Assembly (NCBI GenBank): GCA_009103225.1 | Contig: RHPI01001168.1 | Span: forward strand, 403,986 to 467,985 | Direction of reading: 5' to 3' | DNA length: 64,000 bases | Origin: Chlorokybus atmophyticus | Taxonomy: Eukaryota; Plantae; Mesostigma and Chlorokybus algae | Shown: piece by piece, positions 22,696-36,355 of the stretch | Layout: every line of letters starts with the position of its first letter | How positions within the stretch are numbered: the stretch's first letter is position 1 | Notes under the pieces: generated by a model | The model's database searches: none | The model's input: only the letters and a program-made list of their open reading frames with translations | Told to the model about the DNA's origin: nothing | Position numbers and translations under genes: made by a program

Positions 22696-24711
22696 ATGGC
22701 CATGGCGACGGCGGCCGTCGTCGTCGTCGGGGTCAGCACCACGCTTAGACTCCGCGTCTCGGCCTCAACCTCCTGCTCCTCCGTCGCAGCTGCTGCCTGT
22801 GAGCGGACATGGGCGTGCACCACCACGTGCATGGCATGGCTGGCACGTGGGACCACATTCCTCTTGCTGAGGCTGTGTGCATGCTGTGATGCTCTTAGTT
22901 GCAGCCGTAACAGCAAGTGGGCACCATTGAGCCTGCCAGGGCGAACCACGCAAACATGATGAATGCATTGTCGAGTTGTTGCAACTAGATGACGAGCAAG
23001 CATCACTAATGTTTCCCCACCTAGTTGCTTGTACCAAAAGCAGGTCTGCTTGCACACAACAAACACTTCTCGCCTAAGACCTGAGGTTGCCTCATCACTG
23101 TGAGCCACCCCTGCACTTACTGCATTATTCATTCCACGCTGTCTGCTTGTGTTTCCTGCACAAAGGCAAGCAGACAGCCGTGATGGCGGATGAGCACCAC
23201 AGTTGCCTGAGCAGTTCTCAATGCATGCACTCATGTCTACTACTGCTACTCTGTGTAATGCTGTGTGAGTTTGGCCAGGCAGGGCGAACGCACAAGCCCG
23301 GAGGCCGCTTCTGGCGGCGCTCCACAGACCCAACAGGTCGTTGGCCGCAGCGGGAAGAAGAAGCAGGCGTGTGTCACACCACAACCACCATGGCGCGTAC
23401 ACGGTTACGCGAGCCATGGCCGCCTCGGCCCCAGCTGCAGCGGAACCCGACGCTGCCGCAAAGCAGCAGGTGTGTCGATGTGGATGATGGGGGAGGGAGG
23501 AGGAGCGTGTCCTGTAACAATGGATGGTTGTGTATGCAGTTGGTTAGGGAGGTGCGCGCAATGCTGGCGGCAGACGCGAGCGTGCCGGATGTGGGGGAGG
23601 GTGGGGACGCCACCGTGGCGTGGTTCTTGCGCGACAGGCGCTGGGACCCCACCGCCGCCACCACCAAGCTGGCCAAGATGCTGGTAACGTGTATGTCTAG
23701 CTTGCTGGCCCTCGCTCTCTTTCGCGCTACATACACTTGTGTATGGTCATAACCATACCTGCGTACACACACCGCCGCACGTATGCACGCACGCACGCAC
23801 CTCTCTCACTGCGTGCGTGCGTCTGTCTGAGTGTGCATGTGTCTGTCTAAGTGGGCGTGCATATGCATGCAGAGGTGGAGGCGCGATTTCGGCGTGGCGT
23901 CAATTACGCCAGAGGCCATTGCGCAGGAGAGCGCCACGGGGAAGGCCTTTTTGCACACGCACAAGGACGTCCAGGGCCGCCCTGTCGTGGTCGTTGATGC
24001 CGCCAAGCACTTCCCGTCGGTGCGTGCAGAGCAGTGGTGGACCCGGCCGTTGCAGCAGAGCAGCCCAACCGTCTGACCGACTGATGCGACGATGCTTTCG
24101 CAGGAGGAGAGGTTTGATGCCAGCTGTCGCCTGTGTGCGTATCTGGTAGAGAATGCGATTGCACAGCTGCCCCCGGGCAAGGAGCAGTTCCTTGGGATCT
24201 TTGCACTCAAGGGCTTCGCGCCAGGCAACGCCGACTGGGCCTTTGTCAAGTTCCTGGTACGTGTCTCACGACACAGTGTTGGGCCAAAGCAAGCGCTCGG
24301 TGTTTGAGCCTCAGGATTGGGGCCGCGCATAGGGAGTAACGGGAGTAGTGTCATTCAAGTTCTCACATTGACCCAAGCGTACTGCCTGCTTAGATCAACA
24401 TCTTCTTCGACTATTACCCGAAGAGGCTGGGGCAGGTGCTGTTTGTGGACGCACCTCTCATCTTCCGCACTGGCTTTGCCATGGTCAAGCCCATGCTCAA
24501 GTCCTACGCCACCTTGGTGAGTTGGATGACAACACCAAATGGCCGTACATTCTTTGAGTGGACGAGTACACCAATGGGAGTATACTCACAGCTCTGCGCT
24601 CTATTTACAATCATGCTGACAGTCAGCGCTGTGTAGGTGAGGTTCTGCTCAACAGAGGAATTGCGTCGGGAGTACTTTACACCAGATACTGTGCCTGACT
24701 TGTTTAGATGA
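22696..24711 (+). CDS. CPSFL1: Plastid-targeted Sec14/CRAL-TRIO protein, CPSFL1-like (multi-exon)
   Basis: Ser/Ala/Arg-rich transit-peptide-like exons (22696-22798, then from 23279), followed by WFLRDRRW, WRRDFGV, TGKAFLH, GRPVVVV..AKHFP, LGIFALKGF..NAD, YYPKRLGQVLFVDAP and EYFTPDTVP joined by GT-AG introns. Matches Arabidopsis CPSFL1 as recalled from memory. Confidence 0.85.
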
Positions 24712-24838
24712 CATGCCTGACACCGTGCCATATTTTAGACATTGTGAAATTCATCGACCATGAATGCATTGATTATAGGTATTATAGGCACACCTGATGC
24801 ACCTTGAGCATCTTGTTGAGCAGCACTGCTGGAAAATA

Positions 24839-27800
24839 CTACGAGTGAGAACCTGCTGCCTGTACTGCATTTCGCAGCGGTTGCAACTCATCTACTAGCT
24901 GCTGTCTCAGGCTCGCGCAAGCATCCGCATCCTTTTCTGTCAACAATTGCACAACACCACTATGAAACCGCTGCAAGAGTTCAAAACTCTCTTCTGGAAT
25001 GTCACCCTGCAGCTTGGCAATAGCTGCTGTGAGTGCACGACCGGGAGCATTCAATATGGAACCATACACCTGCAAGCAGACACGAATTATCAGCTGGTTG
25101 AGAAGCTGCAAGACACATCTTCAAACATTGTGTGCACGCAAGCCACGCACACACTAGAGCAAATGGCACATGGTGGGCAACACGTAACAAACTTGCCTGA
25201 GCAAACAGCAAGGCCACAGCTAAAGACAGCGCTTCCGGTGGAGACTGCTCTGTAGCTAGTTGTGCGTTGAAGGTCTTCCGATGGATATGTACAAAGGTGC
25301 GCTCCGCCTTCTTGTCCAACTGCTTGAGCCTGATTCCACAACTAATTGCGCATTGCTGAAACGCTTCCATGAAGGCGGCAACCTCTTTGCTTCCGAGGGC
25401 CTCCACAACAGCCAGTGCAGAGTTCACAGTTTCCTTTGGCATCTGGCGAGCACTTGTCGTGCGCTCTGATGGGGCCAATGGTGTATTTATATTGTTACTG
25501 GCATCATGCTCGAAAGCTGCCGACTGGGACCTCAGCAACAGGTCGGTGGCCTCTGTGGCAAGCGTGCGCAGGAGGTGCCGCTGGATCACAGCACTTGTGG
25601 CCTCGTCGTCCTCAAACACGTCCGCACCATGAGCACCCAGCTGAAGTTCCGTGTACACCTCATCAAGGCGGCGCAGCAGCGCTTCTTGCTGTTTCCTTCG
25701 AGCCTCGTCACCAGTTGACAGCACAGCCTTCATTTGTCCTTCCCAGACTGACGCCATGGCTGGTTGAAGGTGGCTCACAACCTCTGTCGCAAGCTCCTGT
25801 GCCCCTGCAAGACAGACTATGTCAGGAATTAGTTGTTCCCACGATCTGCCATGTACCCAATGCTTAGCACATACCTCCATCGTCCAGGGTTGATTGTCGT
25901 CCAACCAAAATTGTCACTAACTCGATGGCTGTTGGGAAACCATTTGAGCTACTGGTTTGCTCCTTGGCATTGACTGCCACTAATTTTGGCACTTTTGGCG
26001 TGGCCTTGGTCTTGGCGGCTTTGCCACCCTTCTTTTTGGACTTCTGCTTGCCCCAATCCACATCGTCGTCGTCGTCTTCATCCTGTGTTTGTTTGGGCGC
26101 TGGAAGGGCTTTGCTGCCCTTCTCCTTGCCACCAACAATGGTCACCTCCTGTGGGTCACCACTCGCAGCGCTGCCAGCAGAGGCTGCACCGGCAGACTGC
26201 GCTTTGCTCTGGTTTGTGATGCGGGCCAGCGCGGCCTTCTCGGCCAGGACGCGTACTTCGCTTTCAAGCTGCTGTTTGCAGTTGTTGAGGAACGCATCAC
26301 TTACAGCGCATGTCCCCGCCATCAGGTGTGCACTGCGGGCTTTTTGAGCCGCCTGAAGCGAGCTGCATGCAGCTATCAGTTGCACTGTGTCGGACTTGGA
26401 GAAAGCTGTGGGCATCAGCTGGCTGAGATCAACCCAGGTGCCAGAGCTTACGGCGTCTTCGACAGCGGACTCCAGCTGAGAAAAAAGCAGAGAGCCCACG
26501 AACACCGTGCCAAGGGCTGTGCCATCAGGGTACAAGGACTGCATGTACTTGGCTGGCTGAGGGATAGCAAGCTTCTGCAGCACTTCGTACCCAACGTACC
26601 CATTCTGCTCAAAAAACGCTTTCACACTCTCTCGTTGCGTTTGTTGGAATATAGCAGGCACCCAAGAAACATCGCCTCTAAGGGTGCCCTGCGCCGCCCC
26701 CTCAGCGACTAAGCCTTCCAGCAGAGATTTGCTGAGAGAGCTGTTGGCAATGGTGCCAAGCGCATCACCCGCATCCAGCTCAACATTTATGCTGTTCAGT
26801 GCTGACAGGATTGAGGCCACAGTGGTTGGCACGGTCGTGGCCCGCAGCGCACCTCGCATCTGCAGGAAAATTTGTATTGATTTTGAAGGCTGTTGTAGAG
26901 CGAACAGTACATGCGATTCAGCAGATGTACGATATCAAGAAACTTTGCAGAGACCTGTCCCTTCAGTCGTGCAATGTACGTGGGAGTGTACAGTTGACCT
27001 GCCTCCATGAAGCCATGAACCTGCATGGAGAATGAAGCCTTGCATTATGACATGGCCGAAGCCTGTGGCTGGACAACGTTGAAGTATGTCGCACACTCTC
27101 ACAGGTCCGGTTCTGCTGACCTGGGTGCCCAGTCGACTCTCAATCTGCGACCTCATTTGTTCCGAACTAGAATTGAACCGGCGCGCCAATTCTCCAATTG
27201 CCACCTATCGCGGCAGCTGGCTTCAATTGCACCGCAGTGGATCAACCATTGTGTACTGCGCATTCAACCAGTCATTACCTGCCCGGCCTCTTGCAGTAAC
27301 TCTTCAACCTCAGCAGCAACGCCATCCCAATAGCCGGCTGTGATAAGGTCTCTGCGCAAGAGTGATTGAACGTCAACATGCTGATGCTGCCGCTTGCTTG
27401 GTAGCATGAGTGTTTGAAAGGGATCCACCACTCACCCTTGCAACAGAGTGACGGTAGGATCCTCAGCGACCAGCTGAGCAGCCTGTCAAAGTTCAATGTG
27501 AGTAAGCAATGCAGCAGGCGCATGGGCTTGCATAAAACAATGGCGATGAACAGACACCAGCTGGACAATTCAACCACGACCAACAAGGCACACAAGCACC
27601 ATGTCTGCCCAATAAGATATCTGCATACTATGCAAACGAACGATGCACACATGGTTACAGCACCTGCTTTTCGCAATGGGCCAGATCAACGCCGATGTCT
27701 GCAGCGAGGTCCACAAGCGACACCCGGCCTCCATGAAGGCGCACCTGCCACACGCACAGAGCTGCAGTGGCGGTGTGTCTGCAACATACGACAACAGCCA

Positions 27801-28567
27801 TCACGACCAGATCGCAGCTTGCTATTCACGCCAGCCATGCGATCTTGCTTAAATGCTAGCACAACCGCACCTGGTCCCGCACTTCCTGTGCAAGCCGCTT
27901 TTGCGTCAAGTACTCCTGCATGGCAACATGGAGTGAGCAGAAACAAGAACAACCTGCTAGTTAATGTTTTCAAGCATCCATGCAGTAACCCGTTTCCCGT
28001 TTGCTCGTGACGGGAGAACAGTGCGGATGCTTCATTGCTGATACAGTGTACTCATGCATGCAAGGCAATGAGATACTTCACATTGGCACCCACCCATACC
28101 ACACAGGTATGCGGATCATGCAAGTAGTTCGTCTCTGCATATATTTCATAACAGTTGGACTCTGATATCTGCCTGCTGGCGATCAATCTCAATGTGACAA
28201 CGACGTCGGCGCATAGGCCTTTCGACGTGACTGCATCCACGCTGACCTTGCCGGTGACAGTGTGTAGCAAGTCGTCTTCAAGAAGCCCGAGGGCTTTCAG
28301 CTTGTTGATCTGCACAAAGACAACCAAATGTGGGCAACGCAACGACACACCCACCGTGCATGCATTGCCAAGTTTGACACGATGCTCACAGCATGCCACT
28401 AAGCGGACTGATCAGCAGCAGGCAGTTCCTATACAAACTGTCACTGCCACCAGCATGCAGCACACACCGCTCACCAGTTCCACGACGTTACGCTCGGACA
28501 GCTTTGCGGACGCCTTGACAGCCTGCGCGGACTGCAGCGCAGCCTGCAGTGCCAGCAGCTCCTCCAT
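24839..28567 (-). CDS. UFL1: E3 UFM1-protein ligase 1 (multi-exon)
   Basis: MEELLALQ..AQAVKASAKLSERNVVELV|INKLKALGLLEDDLLHTVTGK, GQLYTP.YIARL, GIRLKQLDKKAER and APGRAL.AAI.KL, as in plant and animal UFL1. ATG at 28567, TAG at 24839. Confidence 0.93.
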
Positions 28568-28606
28568 GCCTGCCGACACCGCCTCGTTCCTCACACATCC
28601 TCCGCA

Positions 28607-28636
28607 GGGTTAGGGCTGTGGTTAGGGTTAGGGTTT
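28607..28636 (+). promoter_or_regulatory. Telo-box/TTAGGG cluster in the UFL1-BTS bidirectional promoter (second telo-box at 28924-28931)
   Basis: TTAGGG at 28610, 28622 and 28628, ending in TAGGGTTT. Another TAGGGTTT lies 6 bp before the BTS ATG. Function is inferred from the plant telo-box AAACCCTA. Confidence 0.55.
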
Positions 28637-28937
28637 TTCCTTTAGATATCGGGCGTCATAAAGGGCCGATATCTTCGCCACGTGTAAGTGCGTGCGGGGG
28701 TCAGAAGCGCGTGGTGGCCAAACGCCCGATCTCTCTCTCTCGCTCCGAAAGACGCACCAAGCTAGCTGCAAGCCCAGGCGAAGGCGGAGGCGGGCCAAGC
28801 ACGGAGCAGCCAGCGGGCCAGCTGGCAAGGACGACCCTCCCCTTCCTGCTCCCCCCCACACCTCCTGCGTGCTCGCCACGAGCGACACAGGGAAGCAGCA
28901 GGTGGCTGTCGCTTGGAACTGGCTAGGGTTTGGGGGC

Positions 28938-31863
28938 ATGGAGGCTGCGCATGGGGCAGCAGCTGGAGGCGTGGGGGTAGGAGCGGAGAGCAGAGGAGGA
29001 GCAGGGGGACTGATAGGGTTGCTGCCGTCGCAGCTGCGGCCGCCTCTACCCCTGCTGGTAGAGGCGGCGGCCGTCGCCCCCTCTACCTCCGCCGCCACGC
29101 CGCCGCACATGGGCGCCATTGTCGGACAGCTGCCTCCAGTGAGGAGGAGGATCAGCCACCACCAATATCAGCATCAGCACAATGGCGACTACCACCACCA
29201 CAACGGCACCAACAGCAGCCATGCAGGGGAGGGGAACCAGAGCACAACATCATCAACAACCACTGCCACAGGCAGCAGCAAATCCCGGGGTAACCCAATT
29301 GACCACATCTTCCAGTTCCACAAGGCCATTCGGATAGAGCTGGAGCAGCTGGAGCAGGCTGCCTGCCGGTTGGTGGAGGTCGCCGCCCAGCAAGCGGAGG
29401 CGGGCAGCGGCGAGAGCGATGAGCAGGTGGAGGAGAGCCAGCGCCACTTCGCCGGCCGCTTCCACTTCCTCTGGGGCATGTACAGGGCGCACAGCAATGC
29501 CGAGGACGAGATTGTGTTCCCCGCGCTTGAAGCCAAAGAGGCCCTCCACAATGTCAGCCACAGCTATGTGCTCGATCACAAGCAGGAGGAGCAGCTTTTT
29601 GAGAACGTGTCGCAGCTCCTCACGCAGCTCAAACTCAGCAGCACACACGTGGAGGAACAAGGAGGGGGGCCTTCTCTGCCTCCCAGCCATCGCCTCGCCA
29701 TGCTCGCATACCTGCCACCCATGTGCGCCGCCATCCGTGTGAGGTCAGCAGGCACTGCGATGCTGGCATGCTTGCATGCACGCAGACAGCAATCGGCAAC
29801 CATCAAACACATACACAGGCTCACAGACCCACTTGCGAGTTTGGTGGTTAAGGCGTGTGTGTTGCACGTAGTGCATGTGTTGACAATGGGATTACGCACA
29901 CACTGCTTGACAGGCAAGCATTTGTTATGTGCGCAGTCTGGATCGTCATGTTGGCAGTGAGGAGAGGGAGCTATGGCCGCTTTTTAGCACGCACTTCACC
30001 ATTGGCGAACAGGAGGATATTGTGGGGCAAATTGTTGGCCACACCGGCGCTGAGGTGTTGCAAGCTATGCTTCCATTTGTCACAACAGCACTCACAGATG
30101 AAGAACAGGTACTTGCTACATGTATAACTTGCATACGAGGTGTTGTTCTCAAGCAGTGGGTCGAATGGTGTGGAGTTGCTCAATGCCAAGTTTCTTTCCT
30201 ACTTGACAGGTGGAAATGATGGACAGTATACTTGATGCAACACGCCACACATCTTTTGACCAATGGCTTTCTGCTTGGTGGCGGAACCAGTCAGATACAT
30301 CAGCTGATGGCACCACGAGCAAACTGACAACGATTGCATCAGCACCTTCGTATAGTGAGCCTATCAAAGACATTGCCAATTACCTCGCGATGTCGAATGG
30401 TGGAGTGGATCCAATGGATTGTGACGAGCAGGCTTACAACAGTCGAACAGCCGGTGATGAGCCTGGTGTCTCACCAGCGGGGAGTTTGCGCGAGGCCGGG
30501 TTCAAGCCCGGATGGCAGGACATTTTCAGAATGAACCAGCGCGAACTTGAGGCAGCCATCCGTCGCGTTTCAAATGACCCGTTGCTTGATCCGAAACGGA
30601 AGGCCTATCTCATGCAGAACCTCATGGCCTCAAGGTGGATTGTCGCACAGCAGAAGCACAATGCAGAGTCAGAGTCAATGTTAAAACCGGGTAAGTGCAC
30701 ACTGCTTGCTTCCAAGTCGAAGTTGACGCACAGATTGTACGAGCAGAGCGCTCAATGTCGGTGTTCACTGAAAACAGATGCAATGAAGACATGGCGAGAC
30801 AAGGACAAGGGTATACTCGGTTGCAGCCACTATGCACGATCCTGCCGTCTAGTGGCGGCCTGTTGTGGCAAGGTGGTGACTTGTCGGTTCTGTCATGACG
30901 AGACTTCAAACCACCAGATGAACCGACAAGCCACAACGCACATGGTACGCAAACAGTGCCGCTTGCCACTGATGGCTGCCATACAAGACATGGTGCAAAC
31001 AGTTGCATGTTGCAGGTGTGCATGCACTGCGGTGTGCGGCAACCAGTGCAACAGCATTGCGCCACGCCTACCTGCGGCAAGCAAATGGCCAGATACTACT
31101 GCAGCATCTGCAAGTTTTTTGACGATGACAGCTCGAGAGAAATATACCACTGTCCATTCTGCAACCTCTGCCGTGTTGGCAAGGTAACATCTGCCACTTT
31201 CTTTAGTCAGTGTGGGGCGCAAACGTTGGATCGTCAAAAGCATGGGAGGTTGATGCTTGCCAGTGTGGTTGGTTGGACAGTTTTGGACACACATGAGAAA
31301 GTGCGAGTTGGGGGCGGGGAGTGTAGAAAACTGTAGTAATTGTGTGGTGCTGACAGGGTCTGGGAGTGGATGCGTTCCACTGCATGTCGTGCAACGCCTG
31401 CATGTCGCTCTCCTTGCGCAATCACCAGTGTCGCGAGCGGTCGCTGGAGAGCGATTGCCCTATCTGCCACGACTACCTGTTCACATCAAAGCAACCAGTG
31501 AAAGCCTTGCGCTGTGGACACTTCATGCATTCCACCTGCTTTCAGGCAAGGGTCGTCATGTTGAGATACAGCAGTACAGACAGCGGCATGTTGAGGGTAT
31601 CGTATCTTTACATCTGCTGTTGTGTACAGGCATATACAAAGGAGCATTACACATGCCCAGTTTGCAGCAAGTCCCTGGGAGACATGACTGTTTATTTCCG
31701 CATGCTGGACGCCCTTCTGGCCACTGAGCAGCTTCCAGACGAGTATCGCAGCCGGACGCAGAACATACTGTGCAACGACTGCGAGATGCGCGGCACCGCA
31801 CCTTTTCATTTTGTCTACTTCAAGTGCACAGCTTGCGGGTCGTACAACACCCGCCCCATTTGA
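28938..31863 (+). CDS. BTS: BRUTUS/HRZ-like hemerythrin - CHY/CTCHY zinc finger - RING E3 ubiquitin ligase (multi-exon)
   Basis: [132 protein letters not shown], and zinc ribbon CNDC..KC..CGSYNT. Confidence 0.93.
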
Positions 31864-32434
31864 GTTGCAGGGAGGTGATTGCTGTCCGATGGTATTGGTT
31901 TGCTCATCTCCAACTGACTGTTGATGACCTGCGCTAGCTAAGGTGGGTTTTTCGTGTTTATAATCCCTAGACACCCTATCGTATGGAACACTGCCAAGTG
32001 TACAGCCCCCTGTATATTTAAACAGGATAGGTACGACGTGTAGAGTGCAGTTTGATTGGCGGAAGATTGTTTGTTAAAAGCGCCTGCATTCTTTTGTGTC
32101 AGGTTCAAGTTCAGTTGCTGCTTCAGGGTTTGGCAGCTGTACCTTTGTACCCTTCGTGCACTCACTTGCACATCCACGCGGTTGTATGTGCAACAAACTT
32201 TCGGACTGGAGCTGTGATTGCCATGTGGAGTGTACGGGTTCATTTTGCTATTGAGGCGAGTGTCAGTCTGCTTGCGCCGGTTTGGACACGTATGCGCTCT
32301 ACCAGCGGTCTGTTGTCCTGTCTGCTGCTCACTGCTGGTCATGGTGAACAGTTTCTTTTAGCGAAACCCTTTCTTTTTGCGCAAAAGTTTCTGCGGATTG
32401 CCCCAAGTCATGTTTGAAGTAAGCACCGGATGTG

Positions 32435-33242
<808 letters not shown>

Positions 33243-33699
33243 GCCCTCGCTCGCTCNTCGCTCACTCCCTCGCTCTCTCGCTCACTCCCTCACTCGCGCG
33301 CGCACAAACACCAACAATAGAAACCACAGCGGCCACAGCCAGCTAAGACATATTGTTATGTTTTCAAAGACATTGTCACAATGTCATTGCAAACATCACA
33401 ACATGTCCAACTAGGCCGCAATCACGGCATCTCGTTAAGTTCAGGAGGGGCCCGCATCACATTCGCAGGAAACAACAACAACAACAGCGCAAGCAGATGC
33501 TACGCACTTTATCAATAATGGAAGCAGACAACAAGATACAATTAACCACAAGAAGCCTACTACTGTAATGATACATCAACTCTATACGTCGGTAACACTG
33601 GACTGTGGCAACTACTCAAACACTACCACAGCTACCCGGACGCTATAATTGCCAACAACCACCCAAACGAACAATCAGTTAGTAACTAACCCTGCGAGT

Positions 33700-36355
33700 C
33701 TACGAGTCCAATGGCACGTCCTTGTACCCCCCGTCCAACTTGTTTTGAGGCGGCTCTAGTCGGCTGCGCTCGGACACGAGAGCGTACTGTTGGTACGAGG
33801 GTGGCGGGGCCTTCTTGCTCTCCACGTCGTCCCACGCTTCGGCCTCTGCGGCGGCCGCCACCTCCGCCTCGAGCTCCTCCAGCGACTTGCCGCGGGTCTC
33901 GGGCACGAGGAACACCACGAAGAGGATGGACAGGAACTGGACTCCAGCGAAGAGCAGGAACGTGCCGCCGGGAGTGATCAGCTCCGTCAGCGACAGGAAG
34001 CCAAAGGCAACGCTGCCGCTCGCTAGCCGGTTGGTCAACGCACCCAACGACATGGCCCGCCCACGAATCCTGCAATGTTGACGAAGTTAGCTAGCATTGG
34101 ATACAACCAACATACCCTCCTGCGCGCCTGTTGCGACACAAGCGTACCTTGTCGGGAAGATTTCCGACAAGATGACCCAGCAGATTGGCCCTGTATTGGT
34201 GGTGAGAGTCAAATGCATGGAGTGCCATAGAGACTGTGTGCATGCAGCGAATGCCTTAGAGGAAACCAAGCACATCATCTGGACAGCAACACAACTGGCA
34301 TGGCGTGTACACATGTTGACATGTGCACCATACCGTATCCTATGGAGAAGAACACCACGAAGAGTATCTGCCCTACAAGCGTCACGTAGGCGGCGAGCTT
34401 GAACGCGAACGAGGCCGCAATGAGAAGGAGCGCGCCCGTCGCGCCGCTGGCCGCCACCAGCAGGAGCGGCCTGCGCCCCGCCTTGTCCAGCAGCATGGTG
34501 GCTATCAGAATGGAGGACGTCTTTGCCAGCCCCACGGCCACCGTCGCGAGGAGCACCAGGTGGGTGTTGGTGATGCCGGCCTGCTGCAGCGTGGCAGGCG
34601 TGTAGTACACCACGGCCTCAATGCCAGTAGCCTGTGATGCGAGGTGACCACTATCAGCGTGCTCACCCAACCGTGGGTCGTGGCAAATGAGCACAGGTTG
34701 AGTGCATGCAGTGTTACCTGCTGGAAGAAGTTGATGCCAATGCCAAGGATGATGATGCGCCTGATGGTCTTTGTAGGCCGCAGGATGTCCCGCCAGGACC
34801 CGGCAACCTCCATGGCCAAAACACCCCTGTCGCATGAGACAGTACTCACGCATGGCACGCAAACACATGCACACACATACACAGTGGCGCGCACGTACAC
34901 GCACACGCATGCGTTCACACATGCACATATACGCACGAACACATCCGCGTGCGCACGCCCACGTGCAAGCATGCACGCTCGAGCACGTGGCACGTGCGCG
35001 CGTGAAGACAATCACCAACCCCAACCCCACTCTCTGGTACCTGATCTCCTGCATCCTGCTGTCGACCTCTTCCCTATCCCTGCACGACTGCCTCAGCACG
35101 GCTTCGGCCTCGCCGTCCCGTCCCTGCGACATGAGGAACTGCGGCGACTCCGGCATGCGCACCATGCAGGCCAGGATGACCAGCGCAGGGAGCACGCCGA
35201 GACCCAGCATCCAGCGCCAGTTGTAGCCGGGGGGAAGACCCGCCAGCGCGAAACCGAAGAGGTAGCCGAGGAGGATGCCCGCGTTGATGGCGATCTCGCC
35301 AGTGGAAACCAACTGACCTCTCACCTGACGGGATAAGGTTTATGGGTTTGTGGGGGCACTTACATGCGCATGCGTGCGTGCGCGCGTGCGTGCGTGCGCG
35401 AGAGAGAGTTGTAAGTTGAGGGTGAGAGTGCTTCTCTTACTTGCACGGGGCTGAGTTCTGCGGTGTAGAGGGGTGCGACGAGCATTCCTGAGCCGACACC
35501 GAGGCCGGCCAGCACGCGGCCTACCAGCAGCGTCCAGAAGCCCACGCTGAGGGACATCACCAACGCGCCCGCCGCAAACAGCACCGCCGCCACCTCCACC
35601 GCCCTCTTCCGCCCGTACGTGTCTACAACATGGTGCGTGTGTGCGTGAGCACATGTTTCAACACATCATCAACATCACTATGATTGTCCCGTGCCCAACC
35701 TGAGATTTTGCCGGCCATGATGGCGCCGACGGCCGAGAAGATTGTGAGGATGGACACAACAATTGAAATCTGGAGCGTGGAGAGGTCAAAGTCCCCGCGC
35801 ACAAACAGGATGACGCTGCTCATGATGCCCACGTCGTACCCCGCCAGCATCATCGAGAACGACGCAAACAGCACGCACCTGCCATTGCAATCAAACCAGA
35901 TTGATCAGTGCTAGAGTATCTGTGACTGCCACATTGCCTGTGTGTGGTAGGCTGTTGTGTGTTGGCAATGCAAGCACTTGTGACACTTGTGCAACTGCAA
36001 GGCTACAAGCAGGAGTGGCTTCAGGTGTACCACATTGTCGACGAGGTCAGCAATGACAGCAGCTAACAAGATGACTACAAAGAAAATGCCGCATGCAAGG
36101 ACCTAGATGGCAGTGCGTTTCGGTGCGGGGAGGGTGCAATGAGAAGGGGTCAGCAACGAACCTGATGATAAACTTTTTTGGATTGTAGTGAGAGTTGCTC
36201 AACAACTTGGCGTGTTCGGCCTCAACAGCAGCAGCGGCGTCCTCTACCTTCGTCGACGCTCCTGCACTATCCGCTGCCTCCGCCTCATGCAGCTGCTTGC
36301 TGCCGTAGTCTGCATACTGCTGCGGCTGCGGCTGCTCGCCGCCGCTGCCGGCCAT
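33700..36355 (-). CDS. MFS sugar porter, polyol/monosaccharide transporter (PMT/PLT)-like (multi-exon)
   Basis: GYDVGIMS, GRKR, GRVLAGLGVG..APLYTAELSP, RGQLVS..EIAINAGILLGY, WRWMLGLG, PESP, FFQQ.TGIEAVVYY, DKAGRRPLLL, GPICWVILSEIFP and VPETRGKSLEE. ATG at 36355, TAG at 33700. Confidence 0.93.

Noticed and set aside
28607-28636. Interstitial telomere or chromosome-fusion scar
   Set aside because: There are only three TTAGGG units within a promoter between intact genes; a telo-box explanation is more parsimonious.
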